Source: Pyrinomonadales bacterium | GTDB lineage: Bacteria > Acidobacteriota > Blastocatellia > Pyrinomonadales > Pyrinomonadaceae | DNA: 64,000 nt | Direction: 5' to 3' | Assembly: GCA_038245555.1 (NCBI GenBank) | Contig: JBBRSH010000006.1 | Coordinates: 7,151-71,150 of the forward strand | Shown: positions 51,565 to 61,061 of the stretch, in pieces | Layout of the letters: each line of letters opens with the position of its first letter | Position numbering within the stretch: the stretch's first letter is position 1 | Made by a program: the position numbers and the translations under genes | Notes under the pieces: generated by a model | What the model was told of the DNA's origin: nothing | The model's input: only the letters and a program-made list of their open reading frames with translations | Databases searched by the model: none

Positions 51565-52419
51565 TTAAAGGGCCTCTCTTCTCATTCTTCCCTCGATCAG
51601 CCCATGCGGTTCCTCAGTCGGCCAGAAGATCGCGTGGTTCTCTTTTTCGCCAAACCGTGTGACATCGACCGGAATGCAGTGGATATTTGGTAATGAGAAT
51701 GCGATCTCGACCACGTCGGGGTGTTGATCGAGCACGGCTTCGCCCACTGCGTGGAGCGTGTGCTGCACGGACAAACTGTCGTGCTCGGCAAAGGTGTCGA
51801 GTATCGTCTGGCGGACATCATTCCACAGCTCCTCGGTCGCCGCTTCCGGGTGCATATACATCCAGTTTGCCTTGACCGCCGTACAGAATATGCGGTCGGT
51901 AACCTCGGGCAGCGTCGTTAGCTTGTTCTTCTTAAAACCGGCAAAGCCTGAGCGGGTGGTCTTGATGACGGTCAGATCCTCGAGCCCCGACTCGACCGAT
52001 GTTTCGTCGCGGGTCATCCTGATCGCGGTCGTTCGCTTCTCACCGCCGCTTTTTGTAAATGCGTGCGGATGCGGCCGGGCGTTCACCGGAATGCGGGTGT
52101 ATTTATGTTCGATAATATCGATTGATACGCGCGAGACCTCTTTGTTTTCCGCAAGGAAGTAACGCGCCAGCCGCAACCCAAAACTCTCGATCTCCTCGAT
52201 CTCCGCGGTCTGGGCGGCGAGCGCGTAGACCGTGTTTTTCATCGTGTCCGTCGGCAGGCAGTTGCTATTGTCGCCTTCGACGTGGACATCGTCAAAATCA
52301 CCCTCGAACGCGATCTTGACGTTGATATTTTGCAGCTCATGCCAATCGCCCCGTCGAAATACTTTCATCAGGCGAACGCGTGATTTGCCGTAATTGTTGT
52401 GGACCAGTTGAACTGACAT
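51565..52419 (-). CDS. uox: urate oxidase (cofactor-independent uricase)
   Basis: Start placed at MSVQLVHNNYGKSRVRL (GGGAG 8 nt upstream; the track start is 52452). LPTDTMKNTVYA and SLSVQHTLH are uricase signatures. Confidence 0.9.
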   Translation of the reverse strand: MSVQLVHNNYGKSRVRLMKVFRRGDWHELQNINVKIAFEGDFDDVHVEGDNSNCLPTDTMKNTVYALAAQTAEIEEIESFGLRLARYFLAENKEVSRVSIDIIEHKYTRIPVNARPHPHAFTKSGGEKRTTAIRMTRDETSVESGLEDLTVIKTTRSGFAGFKKNKLTTLPEVTDRIFCTAVKANWMYMHPEAATEELWNDVRQTILDTFAEHDSLSVQHTLHAVGEAVLDQHPDVVEIAFSLPNIHCIPVDVTRFGEKENHAIFWPTEEPHGLIEGRMRREAL

Positions 52420-52423
52420 AGAT

Positions 52424-52768
52424 TTAGCTCCCGCGATACGTTGAATATCCAAAAGGGTTCAGCAAAAGTGGAACGTGGTAATGCTGCGACACATCGCTGA
52501 CGACGAAGGTGATCGTGATCTTCCGGTAAAAACTCTCGACTTCGCGGTCGCGGAAATAGGGGCCGACATCGAATGTGAGACGGTGAACCGCGGCCGTCAA
52601 CGGTTCGTCAGTCGAGACCAGATCACGTGCTCGGCCGTCGCTGTCCGTTGCCTGACTGCCCAATTCTTCCCAGTGGCCACTTTCTGTTTGACGATCGAGT
52701 CGCACAACGACGCCTGCGGCCGGGCGGCCGATCGAAATATCAAGAATATGTGTCGTTATAGCACTCAT
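52424..52768 (-). CDS. hiuH: 5-hydroxyisourate hydrolase (transthyretin-like)
   Basis: 114 aa. ITTHILD, HYHVPLLLNPFGYSTYRGS with the diagnostic C-terminal YRGS. Confidence 0.9.
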   Translation of the reverse strand: MSAITTHILDISIGRPAAGVVVRLDRQTESGHWEELGSQATDSDGRARDLVSTDEPLTAAVHRLTFDVGPYFRDREVESFYRKITITFVVSDVSQHYHVPLLLNPFGYSTYRGS

Positions 52769-53277
52769 TGCGATAAAAGCTTCCTTAGCCGGATCTCGGT
52801 TATTTTTTCCTGTTCGCCGGCCGCGATCGCGATCTCGTTATCTCGGTCATTGCCAAGCCGGGCCCGGCAAATTTCCAACATTTCAGCTCCACTTTTGCCG
52901 GTAGCACAGACGATGAAAATGAATCCGAACTTGTCGAAATACTCGCGGTTCCCAGCCGCGAGGTCGTTTTTTAGCTGCTCGTCCGCGGATCTCATTCCGG
53001 CCTGTTCACGCGAGGACCATTGGGCGGATCGTGCCTGCTGTGCCGGAGCCGCTTTGGTCCCGCCGATCATCGGATGAGCCCGAAAGGCCTCAAGTCGATC
53101 CGATGTCTCGACGTCGCTCCAGATCGAAGCGGCAGCCGCGATCAACTCATTTTCAGACGAAAACGGACGACAAGCAGCCATCAGGCTCGCCCATTTTACC
53201 GACCCGCAGCAGTCCCTAAACATCGATTCGGCATCGGCTTCGTGGGCCCGATTGATTCTTTCAAGAGCGTCGTTCAT
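52765..53277 (-). CDS. uraD: OHCU decarboxylase (2-oxo-4-hydroxy-4-carboxy-5-ureidoimidazoline decarboxylase)
   Basis: 170 aa. AFRAHPMIGG, EQAG and FIFIVCATGKSGAEML are typical blocks. 4-nt overlaps with both neighbours. Confidence 0.85.
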   Translation of the reverse strand: MNDALERINRAHEADAESMFRDCCGSVKWASLMAACRPFSSENELIAAAASIWSDVETSDRLEAFRAHPMIGGTKAAPAQQARSAQWSSREQAGMRSADEQLKNDLAAGNREYFDKFGFIFIVCATGKSGAEMLEICRARLGNDRDNEIAIAAGEQEKITEIRLRKLLSQ

Positions 53278-54272
53278 CCGGCGATCCTGCCAAACAGCCG
53301 CAAGCGGCTGACGCCGCCGTCCGGGTAAATGTTTAGCCGGGCGTGTGTCACGTCTCCGAGATCGGCGAGTTCATGAACAAACGTGTGCCGCGTGTGAGGC
53401 AGCAGCTTTCTATTTGGGAGCAACTCCTGCCAAGCGATCGATTCGAGTGCCGTACTCGAGTCGGCGCGTCCGACATCGATCGAACAACCCTCGGGATAGT
53501 TTCCCTTGAAATGGGACGTATCTACCTCGACGCGGGTGAGCGTTCCAGGCGCTCCGAGTTTGACAATGCACCAATCGTGTCCGGGGCCGCGTCGCCGCTG
53601 CGACTCCCAACCGTCGCTCATATCCCTAGCCAGGCCGGGCATTATCAAGTTGTGCCGATGGCCAAAGAACATATCGCTCGCGAGCGGAACATCGCCGCCA
53701 TTTTCCGCAGCCGCGAGATCGATCTCGCTGTTTCGCCTTTTTAGTGCATCCCAGTCGGGCAGCACATTTCCGTGCACACGCAGACGCGCAACCCCTCCGT
53801 CGGGGTAGATCTTGAACCGCAAGTGCGTGAAGCGGCCCGCGTGATCTATCGGAAACTTATTCTGCGAATCGCCCGATAGCGCCGACTCCGGCAAGATCGA
53901 GACCCACCGCGTTTCGGTACCCCGTAACTGATCAATATCCGGCTGCCCATCGACCGCGCAAGCCTCAAGCGAGCAATGCGACGGGTAATTTCCCCTAAAA
54001 AATGCGGTGTCGATCACAACGCCCTTGATCTCGCCGGGCATCCCCAGGCGAATGATGCACCAGTCGAACGTCTCGTCGAGCCGGGGCGAACGCCGCCGCC
54101 GCGATTCCCACCCGTCCATCCATTTTCCCAGATCGGTGTATTTTCCCTCGATCCAGATCGGAGCGGCGGCCTTGAGTAAGTTTTCCTTCGGCGCAAAAAA
54201 ATCGTCGTTGGCAAAAAGCACGGCTCCGCCAAGGTTTTCGGAGGCGAGGTCAATTAGCTCGGTAAAACTCAT
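53274..54272 (-). CDS. alc: allantoicase
   Basis: Start placed at MSFTELIDLASENLGG (the track start is 54311). Two allantoicase repeats: DDFFAPKENLL..GWESRRRR and DMFFGHRHNLI..GWESQRRR. Confidence 0.9.
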   Translation of the reverse strand: MSFTELIDLASENLGGAVLFANDDFFAPKENLLKAAAPIWIEGKYTDLGKWMDGWESRRRRSPRLDETFDWCIIRLGMPGEIKGVVIDTAFFRGNYPSHCSLEACAVDGQPDIDQLRGTETRWVSILPESALSGDSQNKFPIDHAGRFTHLRFKIYPDGGVARLRVHGNVLPDWDALKRRNSEIDLAAAENGGDVPLASDMFFGHRHNLIMPGLARDMSDGWESQRRRGPGHDWCIVKLGAPGTLTRVEVDTSHFKGNYPEGCSIDVGRADSSTALESIAWQELLPNRKLLPHTRHTFVHELADLGDVTHARLNIYPDGGVSRLRLFGRIAG

Positions 54273-54292
54273 AATGGCTACAATAACAAATC

Positions 54293-55543
54293 CTAAAACT
54301 CGACCTTCCAAAGGCGCGCCGTAACGCCATGGCGACCGGTATCTTCATTAAATTCCTTATCGGCTATACGATCGAAAACCAATTGATTATTGTTTACCCA
54401 CCGAAGACATAACGTAGTGTCAACATTCTTTTGCGTCAAGGCGTGTGGTTCTGAATTGGAGGCTAACGAAGTCACCCAAATTGTGGAGCGGCCCCAAAAC
54501 TTCAAATCGGCACGAACCTTCATCGGCGTCGGTTCAAAGGTCAAATAGGCAACGTTCTTTCCGTCCGGCGATGGTACTGGAAGACCAAAAGCTTGTTTGG
54601 GACGAACAATTACATGTTTCGATTTGCCGTCCGGCGAACTGATCACAATTCCGGTTTTTGTGGCGAAGACAAGCTGAGAACTATCAGCAAACCACGGATT
54701 CCACGATGGCTTTGAATAATCCCAACCTTCATCGGGATGAACGATCATTTCACCAAGATTCGACCAGGAAGTCTTCTGTCGGTCGAAAACCAACAAATGT
54801 AGTCCGGGGTAACGATCGGTCGGCGCGACGGCAATATACCTACCGTCGGGCGACGGTATCAAGAGTGCGTTGAAATCGAGTTGCTTATTATATGTAGCAA
54901 TTTCTCGATCTAAACTTTCGATTGTTGCCCTATCAAAGTCACTCGAAATCGAATATCCTCCGGGCGAAGTTTGTGTTTTGATAACGTTCTTATACGAATC
55001 TTTTAACCAGAAAACAGAATCAGTATTTGGAAGAAAAGATACCCGTTCTAACGTTTGTGTTGGCTCCTGCACATTCGGCAACCGCCCTTTGGAAACGACC
55101 GCTCCGTCAAGTGATACCGTCGAATACTCGCCGTCACGAAAGCAATGTACGCTCTTGCCGTCAGATGCCCACCCTTCGAGAAATTGATCCGAAAGAGCTT
55201 TCTTAGTCTGGATATTACCATCCAGATCCATGACCCAAACCTCAGACACCAAATTCGATCTGCCAAACCCGCCGGACCCTCCTTCTCGCCACCAACCAGT
55301 GCGTACATAGGCGATAAGAGAACCGTCCGAATTAGGAATGGGGTTGTACGCATTTTCAGTCTCCGATAGAAGGGTCTCTTTCGGTCCGACCGTACGTTTC
55401 CTTTCCGTATCAGCCTTTATTACGGCTGGAGTCGGAGTCCCGGATGAATTTGCAGAGACCGTATTTTCCCGATAATCACATGCGGTATTACCGAAAGTGA
55501 CAAACACGGTCAACGACATGATTATGACCACAGTCTTCAGCAT
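54293..55543 (-). CDS. secreted TolB-like beta-propeller protein of unknown function
   Basis: 416 aa. Signal peptide MLKTVVIIMSLTVFVTFGNTA. Repeated SPDG(K/R)xIAY/V propeller blades. Confidence 0.7.
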   Translation of the reverse strand: MLKTVVIIMSLTVFVTFGNTACDYRENTVSANSSGTPTPAVIKADTERKRTVGPKETLLSETENAYNPIPNSDGSLIAYVRTGWWREGGSGGFGRSNLVSEVWVMDLDGNIQTKKALSDQFLEGWASDGKSVHCFRDGEYSTVSLDGAVVSKGRLPNVQEPTQTLERVSFLPNTDSVFWLKDSYKNVIKTQTSPGGYSISSDFDRATIESLDREIATYNKQLDFNALLIPSPDGRYIAVAPTDRYPGLHLLVFDRQKTSWSNLGEMIVHPDEGWDYSKPSWNPWFADSSQLVFATKTGIVISSPDGKSKHVIVRPKQAFGLPVPSPDGKNVAYLTFEPTPMKVRADLKFWGRSTIWVTSLASNSEPHALTQKNVDTTLCLRWVNNNQLVFDRIADKEFNEDTGRHGVTARLWKVEF

Positions 55544-55583
55544 TCTTAATTCAACAGCCGCTTGCTTATTACCTCATTGCTTT

Positions 55584-56933
55584 TCACGTAATCACTAAAT
55601 TTCCGGTCTTTACGCCTAACGATCGACCGTCTTTAATAATACTTTGACCTCCAACATACATTTCTTCGATAACGCCGCACAACTCCATTCCTGTATACGG
55701 CGTGAGTTTATGTCGGTGTTCGATGATCTCGGGCGTTACCTTGAACTCGGCGTCCGGGTTGAAAACAACGATGTCAGCGTCGAAACCCGCAGCGAGTTTA
55801 CCTTTTCTGTCGTCAAGTCCCGCGAGTTTTGCCGGGGCCTCGGACATCAAGCGGGTGAGGTGAGTGAGTCCAAAGCCGCGTTCCCGGAAATTTGTCCACA
55901 TGACGGGAAGGCTGAACTGCAGGGCCGAGATCCCTCCCCAGGCGTCCATGAAGTCGCCGGAACCCAACTTCTTGAGTTCCGGTGTACACGGCGAATGATC
56001 GGAAACGATCATGTCGATCGTGCCGTCGGCGACAGCTTCCCAGAGTTTCTCTCGGTTTTCGCGTTCACGTACCGGTGGGCAGCATTTGAAATGCGTGTCC
56101 CCATCGCCGATATCTTCGGCCGCAAAAGTCAGATAATGCGGACACGTCTCGACCGTAATCGGCAGACCCTGGCCCCGGGCCGCACGAAGCAGGCCAAGCG
56201 AATCGGACGATGAATGGTGGACGATGTGGACTCGGGCGCCCGTTTCGCGGCAAAGTCTGACCATCAACGCGATCGCGGCGTCCTCGGCTTCGCGCGGACG
56301 CGAGCGAAGGAATGTGTTGTAAGCTCGGGGATCATCGTGTGCGATGGACGACGCGGCATCTTCGATCGGCCCATCAAGCTCAGCGTGCACAAGCAGCACT
56401 GTGCCGAGGCGAGCAATCTCTGGCATCGCGATCCGCAGATCTGCTTCGGTCACATGCGGAAATTCATCAACTCCGGAATGGATCAGAAAGCACTTAAACC
56501 CTCGCACACCTCGGTCGACGAGCGGCTCTAGTTCATTCACATTTCCCGGAACAACCCCGCCCCAAAACGCCACGTCGACCGAGCACTGGCCCCTAGCCGC
56601 CGCGAGTTTTATGTCGAATGCCTCCGCTGTCGTTGTCGCGGGGATCGAGTTTAGCGGCATATCGACGATCGTCGTGACGCCGCCCGCCGCGGCCGCTATC
56701 GTAGCGGTTTCGTATCCTTCCCAGGCCGTGCGGCCCGGCTCGTTGACATGAACGTGGCTGTCGACAAGCCCCGGCATGACAACCAAGTCGCCCGCATCGA
56801 CAATATTCGCTCCACCGGAGATGGTTGACCATTCGCCAACGGACACGATCTTCCCATTCTCAAAATGGACAGCCGCCGGTTGAACTCCGGACGGTAGCAC
56901 GACTCTTTGACTGCGAATAATATGGAGCGACAT
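55584..56933 (-). CDS. allB: allantoinase
   Basis: Start placed at MSLHIIRSQRVVLP (the track start is 57005). PGLVDSHVHVNEPGRTAWEGYETATIAAAAGGVTTIVDMPLN and later VSDHSP are cyclic amidohydrolase / allantoinase blocks. Confidence 0.9.
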   Translation of the reverse strand: MSLHIIRSQRVVLPSGVQPAAVHFENGKIVSVGEWSTISGGANIVDAGDLVVMPGLVDSHVHVNEPGRTAWEGYETATIAAAAGGVTTIVDMPLNSIPATTTAEAFDIKLAAARGQCSVDVAFWGGVVPGNVNELEPLVDRGVRGFKCFLIHSGVDEFPHVTEADLRIAMPEIARLGTVLLVHAELDGPIEDAASSIAHDDPRAYNTFLRSRPREAEDAAIALMVRLCRETGARVHIVHHSSSDSLGLLRAARGQGLPITVETCPHYLTFAAEDIGDGDTHFKCCPPVRERENREKLWEAVADGTIDMIVSDHSPCTPELKKLGSGDFMDAWGGISALQFSLPVMWTNFRERGFGLTHLTRLMSEAPAKLAGLDDRKGKLAAGFDADIVVFNPDAEFKVTPEIIEHRHKLTPYTGMELCGVIEEMYVGGQSIIKDGRSLGVKTGNLVIT

Positions 56934-57001
56934 CAGCCAAGATGATAGCGCGAAATCATGATCGGACAGAATCGGCGGCCGTGCTCGTTGGGCACGTGCA
57001 A

Positions 57002-57820
57002 TCACGACAGCGTTTGCGCGACGTAGACAGAATTGACTGAAATGGAGCCCGTGTAGGGATTTGGGAACTCGATGTTGTGTGCCTTTGCCGAGTTGAATAC
57101 TTTTCTGAGATGGGCGGTGAAGTCAGAGGTCGCCGGATCGTTGGACCACAGTGCGAAAATGCCGCCGGGTTTTAGCTGGCGGCTGACTCGTGCGAGTCCC
57201 TCCGCAGTATAAAAAGACTCGTTATTCTTGTCGAGAAAATGTTCAGGCGAATGGTCGATGTCCAGTAGTACCGCGTCGAATCTTCGCCCCGGTGCAGCGA
57301 CATCAAATCCCGTCCGGGCGAGTGCGAAAAAATCCCCTTGACGCAGCTCACATCTTGGGTCGTTCGAAAGGATTTCGCCGAGCGGTACCAGACCGACCTG
57401 ATGCCAATCGATCACCGGTTGGAACAGATCGATGACCAGTAACCTGTGTAACTTCTTATTTTTCAACGTTTCGGCGGCGGTATAGCCGAGCCCCAGGCCA
57501 CCGATCACAACATCCAGTTCACCTTCGAGCGGCGAGAGGCCGAGTGTTGCGAGCTGTTGCTCGGCTTCGGTAAAGAGGCTCGACATCAGGTATTCGTCGC
57601 CGAGTTTGACCTCAAAAACCTCGCGGTCATCCAAGCGGGATTCCAGGCGTCGGCGAAGCGTTAGATCGCCAAGCGGTGTTTTTTCATATCCGAGCTCTTC
57701 AACCTTCAAAGTCAGTTCCCTCTCAACCAGATCTCGTTCCGAGTGTACCCGATACGGGTGACGAAAGCCGACGCCATAAAGAAAAAAAGAACGACATCGC
57801 TGCCGCTCTTTTTTTACCAT
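57002..57820 (-). CDS. spermidine-synthase-like class I SAM-dependent transferase
   Basis: 272 aa. VVIGGLGLGYTA (SAM-binding glycine loop) and DAVLLDIDHSP. Confidence 0.7.
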   Translation of the reverse strand: MVKKERQRCRSFFLYGVGFRHPYRVHSERDLVERELTLKVEELGYEKTPLGDLTLRRRLESRLDDREVFEVKLGDEYLMSSLFTEAEQQLATLGLSPLEGELDVVIGGLGLGYTAAETLKNKKLHRLLVIDLFQPVIDWHQVGLVPLGEILSNDPRCELRQGDFFALARTGFDVAAPGRRFDAVLLDIDHSPEHFLDKNNESFYTAEGLARVSRQLKPGGIFALWSNDPATSDFTAHLRKVFNSAKAHNIEFPNPYTGSISVNSVYVAQTLS

Positions 57821-57874
57821 CGATCTTTGTGATCTGCTTATCTAAATGAAAGAGATTCTTAAGCTGGGTATAGG

Positions 57875-58399
57875 TTACTTAAGCTTTGACCCAATGAATT
57901 TTATCCATTCGTAAGGCTTTTTGACGATGGGCATCAACGTAGATACAAGTGACCTGTCGTCTGACCTGAGCTCAGGCCCGTCCTTTTTCAAACGCTCCGG
58001 CAAATCGAGTGGCCGGTCGAACGATGCCGCCTTTGAGGTTGAATTTGTTTGACCGACCGTGATCACTACCGGTTTGAAGAGGGCCTGCTGGTTCAACGAA
58101 CGACGATCATTGCGAACCCGCATGGAGTACCGCCCATTATTGCCAGCATTTCGTGAGGCACGGGCAGCCACAACTTTGCGTTCGACGGCGGACAATTCGT
58201 CGGGTTCGTCGGGTGATTCTTCATTCGAAACGACCGCGAGCTCATCACTGAAGCGCTGATCAGAAAGCTCCGCGACATTACGGGGCCCATAATTTACCGC
58301 CGGATACGCGACTTTGGCTGGCTCGCGAATCCCCGGATATACAATAAAAGCGACGTCCAGACAAATAACAGCTATGATTCCTAATATTAATTTTCGCAT
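57875..58399 (-). CDS. hypothetical membrane-anchored protein
   Basis: 174 aa. N-terminal TM helix MRKLILGIIAVICLDVAFIVY. The rest is charged and low in complexity. Confidence 0.55.
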   Translation of the reverse strand: MRKLILGIIAVICLDVAFIVYPGIREPAKVAYPAVNYGPRNVAELSDQRFSDELAVVSNEESPDEPDELSAVERKVVAARASRNAGNNGRYSMRVRNDRRSLNQQALFKPVVITVGQTNSTSKAASFDRPLDLPERLKKDGPELRSDDRSLVSTLMPIVKKPYEWIKFIGSKLK

Positions 58400-58407
58400 A
58401 TGAAGTG

Positions 58408-58448
58408 TTAAGCATTATTTATCAATGACCAACCATGCTTAAGCATTA
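58408..58448. promoter_or_regulatory. candidate operator: direct repeat TTAAGCATTA (58408-58417 and 58439-58448), the second embedded in the perfect palindrome ATGCTTAAGCAT (58435-58446)
   Basis: Read directly. Lies in the divergent intergenic region between 58399 (-) and 58641 (+). Confidence 0.35.
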
Positions 58449-58640
58449 GTATAACCTTTTCGGACAAAAGTTGTAAAAGAAATCCATCATTCGCATTTAT
58501 TAGGCTCCCGCGCAGTCGCGGGCAAGTCTGCAATCGGGCTTTCACCAATTGGCTCGATAGTCTACAATTCGTTCTGCAACCTGATCACAATTAATACCGG
58601 CAAGGCCCCAAAAAGGGGGCTGTGAAACGCGAGAAAGACG

Positions 58641-59984
58641 ATGGCTACAGATAATAACGATGCTGCTGTTGTTGTACCGGCCCAACCACACCTTGCACGG
58701 CGGCTCGGCCTGTTCGACGCGACGATGATCGTGATGGGCGGCATTATCGGCTCGGGGATCTTTATGAACCCGTATGTTGTCGCCCAGCAGGTGCACACTC
58801 CATTTCTGGTACTCGGAGCATGGGCATTCGGCGGACTTGTGGCCATTGCAGGTGCCTTCGTTTATGCCGAGCTTGCCGAACGGCGTCCGCAGACCGGCGG
58901 TCAATATGCTTATTTTCGCGATGCTTATCATCCTTCGCTGGCGTTTGTTTACGGATGGTCGCTGCTGCTGGTGATTCAGACGGGCGGGATGGCGGCGGTG
59001 GCCGTCACTTTTGCCCGATATTTTATTGAGCTGACAGGGATCGGCCTCAATGACTGGATTGTTGCGCTTATTGCTCTCGGTACCCTGACGGTCATCAACT
59101 GTTTCGGCGTCCGGGTGGGCAGCACGGTCCAGAACATCCTCATGACGCTGAAGATCGCGGCAATCGTCGTGCTTGTCGTGTGCGGATTTGCTCTAGCAGC
59201 ACCGTCCGGTGCACCTTCGGCGGTACTTCTCGACCGACCAGTTTCGCTCGATCTGATCACGGCAATGGGTGCAGCCCTGATACCCGTAATGTTCGCGTAT
59301 GGGGGCTGGCAAACGGCGTGCTTTGTTGCCGGTGAACTCCGGGAGCCGCAGCGTGATCTGCCGCGAGGGCTGCTGATGGGTGTCGTCGGTGTCGTCGTGC
59401 TGTATTTGAGCGTGAATCTTGTTTGTATCTACGTGCTCGGTGTCGACGGCCTCATGCAGACAAAAACGCCGGCGTCGGAAGTTATGCGGATCGCACTCGG
59501 CAAGACGGGAGCAAAGATCATCGCCGTCGGCATCGCGATATCCACGCTCGGTTTTTTGAGCCAGAGTGTGCTGACCGCCCCGCGGGTCTATTTTGCGATG
59601 GCTGACGACGGCCTTTTCTTCAAAAAGGTCGCGTGGGTCAATCCAAAAACGCTCGTTCCGGTGGTTGCGATCGTTTTGCAGGGCGTATGTGCGATGATCA
59701 TCGCCGCCTCGGGCAAGTACGAACAGATCCTCAATTACGTGGTATCCGTCGACTTTATCTTTTTCGGTCTTGCGGCAACCTGTGTATTTATTTTTCGCCG
59801 CCGGGACAGCACGGAGACGAAGTTCAAGATACCGTTCCATCCCTACACGACCATTTTCTTTATTGCGGCATGTTTCTTTGTGGTCGCGAATACGCTTTAC
59901 AAATATCCCGAAAACAGTCTTATCGGACTCGGCATAATGGCTGTCGCGGTCCCTGTCTACTTTCTATGGAAACCAAAAAAGTGA
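58641..59984 (+). CDS. APC-superfamily amino-acid permease
   Basis: 447 aa, about 12 TM helices. N-terminal LGLFDATMIVMGGIIGSGIF is a typical APC motif. Confidence 0.9.
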   Translation: MATDNNDAAVVVPAQPHLARRLGLFDATMIVMGGIIGSGIFMNPYVVAQQVHTPFLVLGAWAFGGLVAIAGAFVYAELAERRPQTGGQYAYFRDAYHPSLAFVYGWSLLLVIQTGGMAAVAVTFARYFIELTGIGLNDWIVALIALGTLTVINCFGVRVGSTVQNILMTLKIAAIVVLVVCGFALAAPSGAPSAVLLDRPVSLDLITAMGAALIPVMFAYGGWQTACFVAGELREPQRDLPRGLLMGVVGVVVLYLSVNLVCIYVLGVDGLMQTKTPASEVMRIALGKTGAKIIAVGIAISTLGFLSQSVLTAPRVYFAMADDGLFFKKVAWVNPKTLVPVVAIVLQGVCAMIIAASGKYEQILNYVVSVDFIFFGLAATCVFIFRRRDSTETKFKIPFHPYTTIFFIAACFFVVANTLYKYPENSLIGLGIMAVAVPVYFLWKPKK

Positions 59985-59989
59985 GGGCG

Positions 59990-61057
59990 ATGCAATCGCC
60001 CTATATGAATTGGGCAAAGCTGCGATCGTCCGCAAAATTCAATCTGGCCACAAGCGGAATGCCGAACGTTCTTCTGTGTGACCTGCCGTTCGAAAAAGAA
60101 GAGCTTGAGCTGACTTACGGCGTTTACGGATACGAACCGCTGATCGAGGCTGTCGCTGAAAAATGCGGTGTCGCGAGCGAAAATGTCGTCCTGTCGTTTG
60201 GAACATCGATGGCAAACCACCTTGCGATGGCGGCGATCATCGAGCCGGGCGACGACGTCCTGATCGAGCGGCCCGCTTACGAACTGATCGTTTCTGCCGC
60301 TGAATATCTCGGTGCTAATGTTATTTTCTTCGATCGTCGCCATGAAAACGGCTACGCCGCGGACGTCGAAGAAATGTCAAAGATCATAACTGGCAAAACC
60401 AAACTCGTTATTCTGACTAACCTGCATAACCCGTCGAGCATCTACGCGGACGAATCAACTATCAAGCAGATCGCGAGTGCCGCCAAACGTGTTGGAGCCA
60501 GACTGCTTGTCGACGAAGTTTATCTCGACACGATGTTTGAGGAGGCACCACGACCGTCGTTCCATCTGGCAGACAACATAGTCGTTACAAATAGCCTCAC
60601 CAAAACCTACGGGTTGTCGGGCCTTCGCTGCGGCTGGATCCTGGCCGACAAAGCGTTGGCTGAGAAAATGCATCGGCTAAATGACCTCTTCGGTGCCACC
60701 AATGTGCACGTTGCCGAACGTTTAAGCATTATCGCTTTAAGGAATCTCGGTGTTTTCCGAGACCGGGCAAAAACGCTATTAGGCACGAATCGGCCGATAC
60801 TCAGGGGTTTTCTTGATTCCCGCAACGATATCGAGGCGGTCCGGACGAAATATGGTACGACGGCCTTTCCAAGGCTTTTGAACGGTAAAAATGAAGCTCT
60901 ATATAACCTCCTTCGCGATAAATATGAAACGAGCGTCGTGCCGGGCAGTTTTTTCTATGCGAATGACCATTTTCGAATCGGCATAACGTGCGATACGGAA
61001 ATGCTGCGCGAGGGCCTCGACCGTCTGGGAATGGCTCTTGACGAGTTGAGCCGATAA
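59990..61057 (+). CDS. PLP-dependent aminotransferase (class I/II fold)
   Basis: Start placed at MQSPYMNWAKL. The track ORF begins at 59633 but that part overlaps the permease. NLHNPSS and SLTKTYGLSGLRCGW (PLP-lysine context). Confidence 0.85.
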   Translation: MQSPYMNWAKLRSSAKFNLATSGMPNVLLCDLPFEKEELELTYGVYGYEPLIEAVAEKCGVASENVVLSFGTSMANHLAMAAIIEPGDDVLIERPAYELIVSAAEYLGANVIFFDRRHENGYAADVEEMSKIITGKTKLVILTNLHNPSSIYADESTIKQIASAAKRVGARLLVDEVYLDTMFEEAPRPSFHLADNIVVTNSLTKTYGLSGLRCGWILADKALAEKMHRLNDLFGATNVHVAERLSIIALRNLGVFRDRAKTLLGTNRPILRGFLDSRNDIEAVRTKYGTTAFPRLLNGKNEALYNLLRDKYETSVVPGSFFYANDHFRIGITCDTEMLREGLDRLGMALDELSR

Positions 61058-61061
61058 AAAT

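Noticed and set aside
59633-59989. N-terminal extension of 119 codons on the aminotransferase ORF
   Set aside because: It overlaps the 3' third of the APC permease gene in another frame and translates to Arg/Cys/Gly-rich nonsense. The aminotransferase homology begins at MQSPYMNWAKL (59990).
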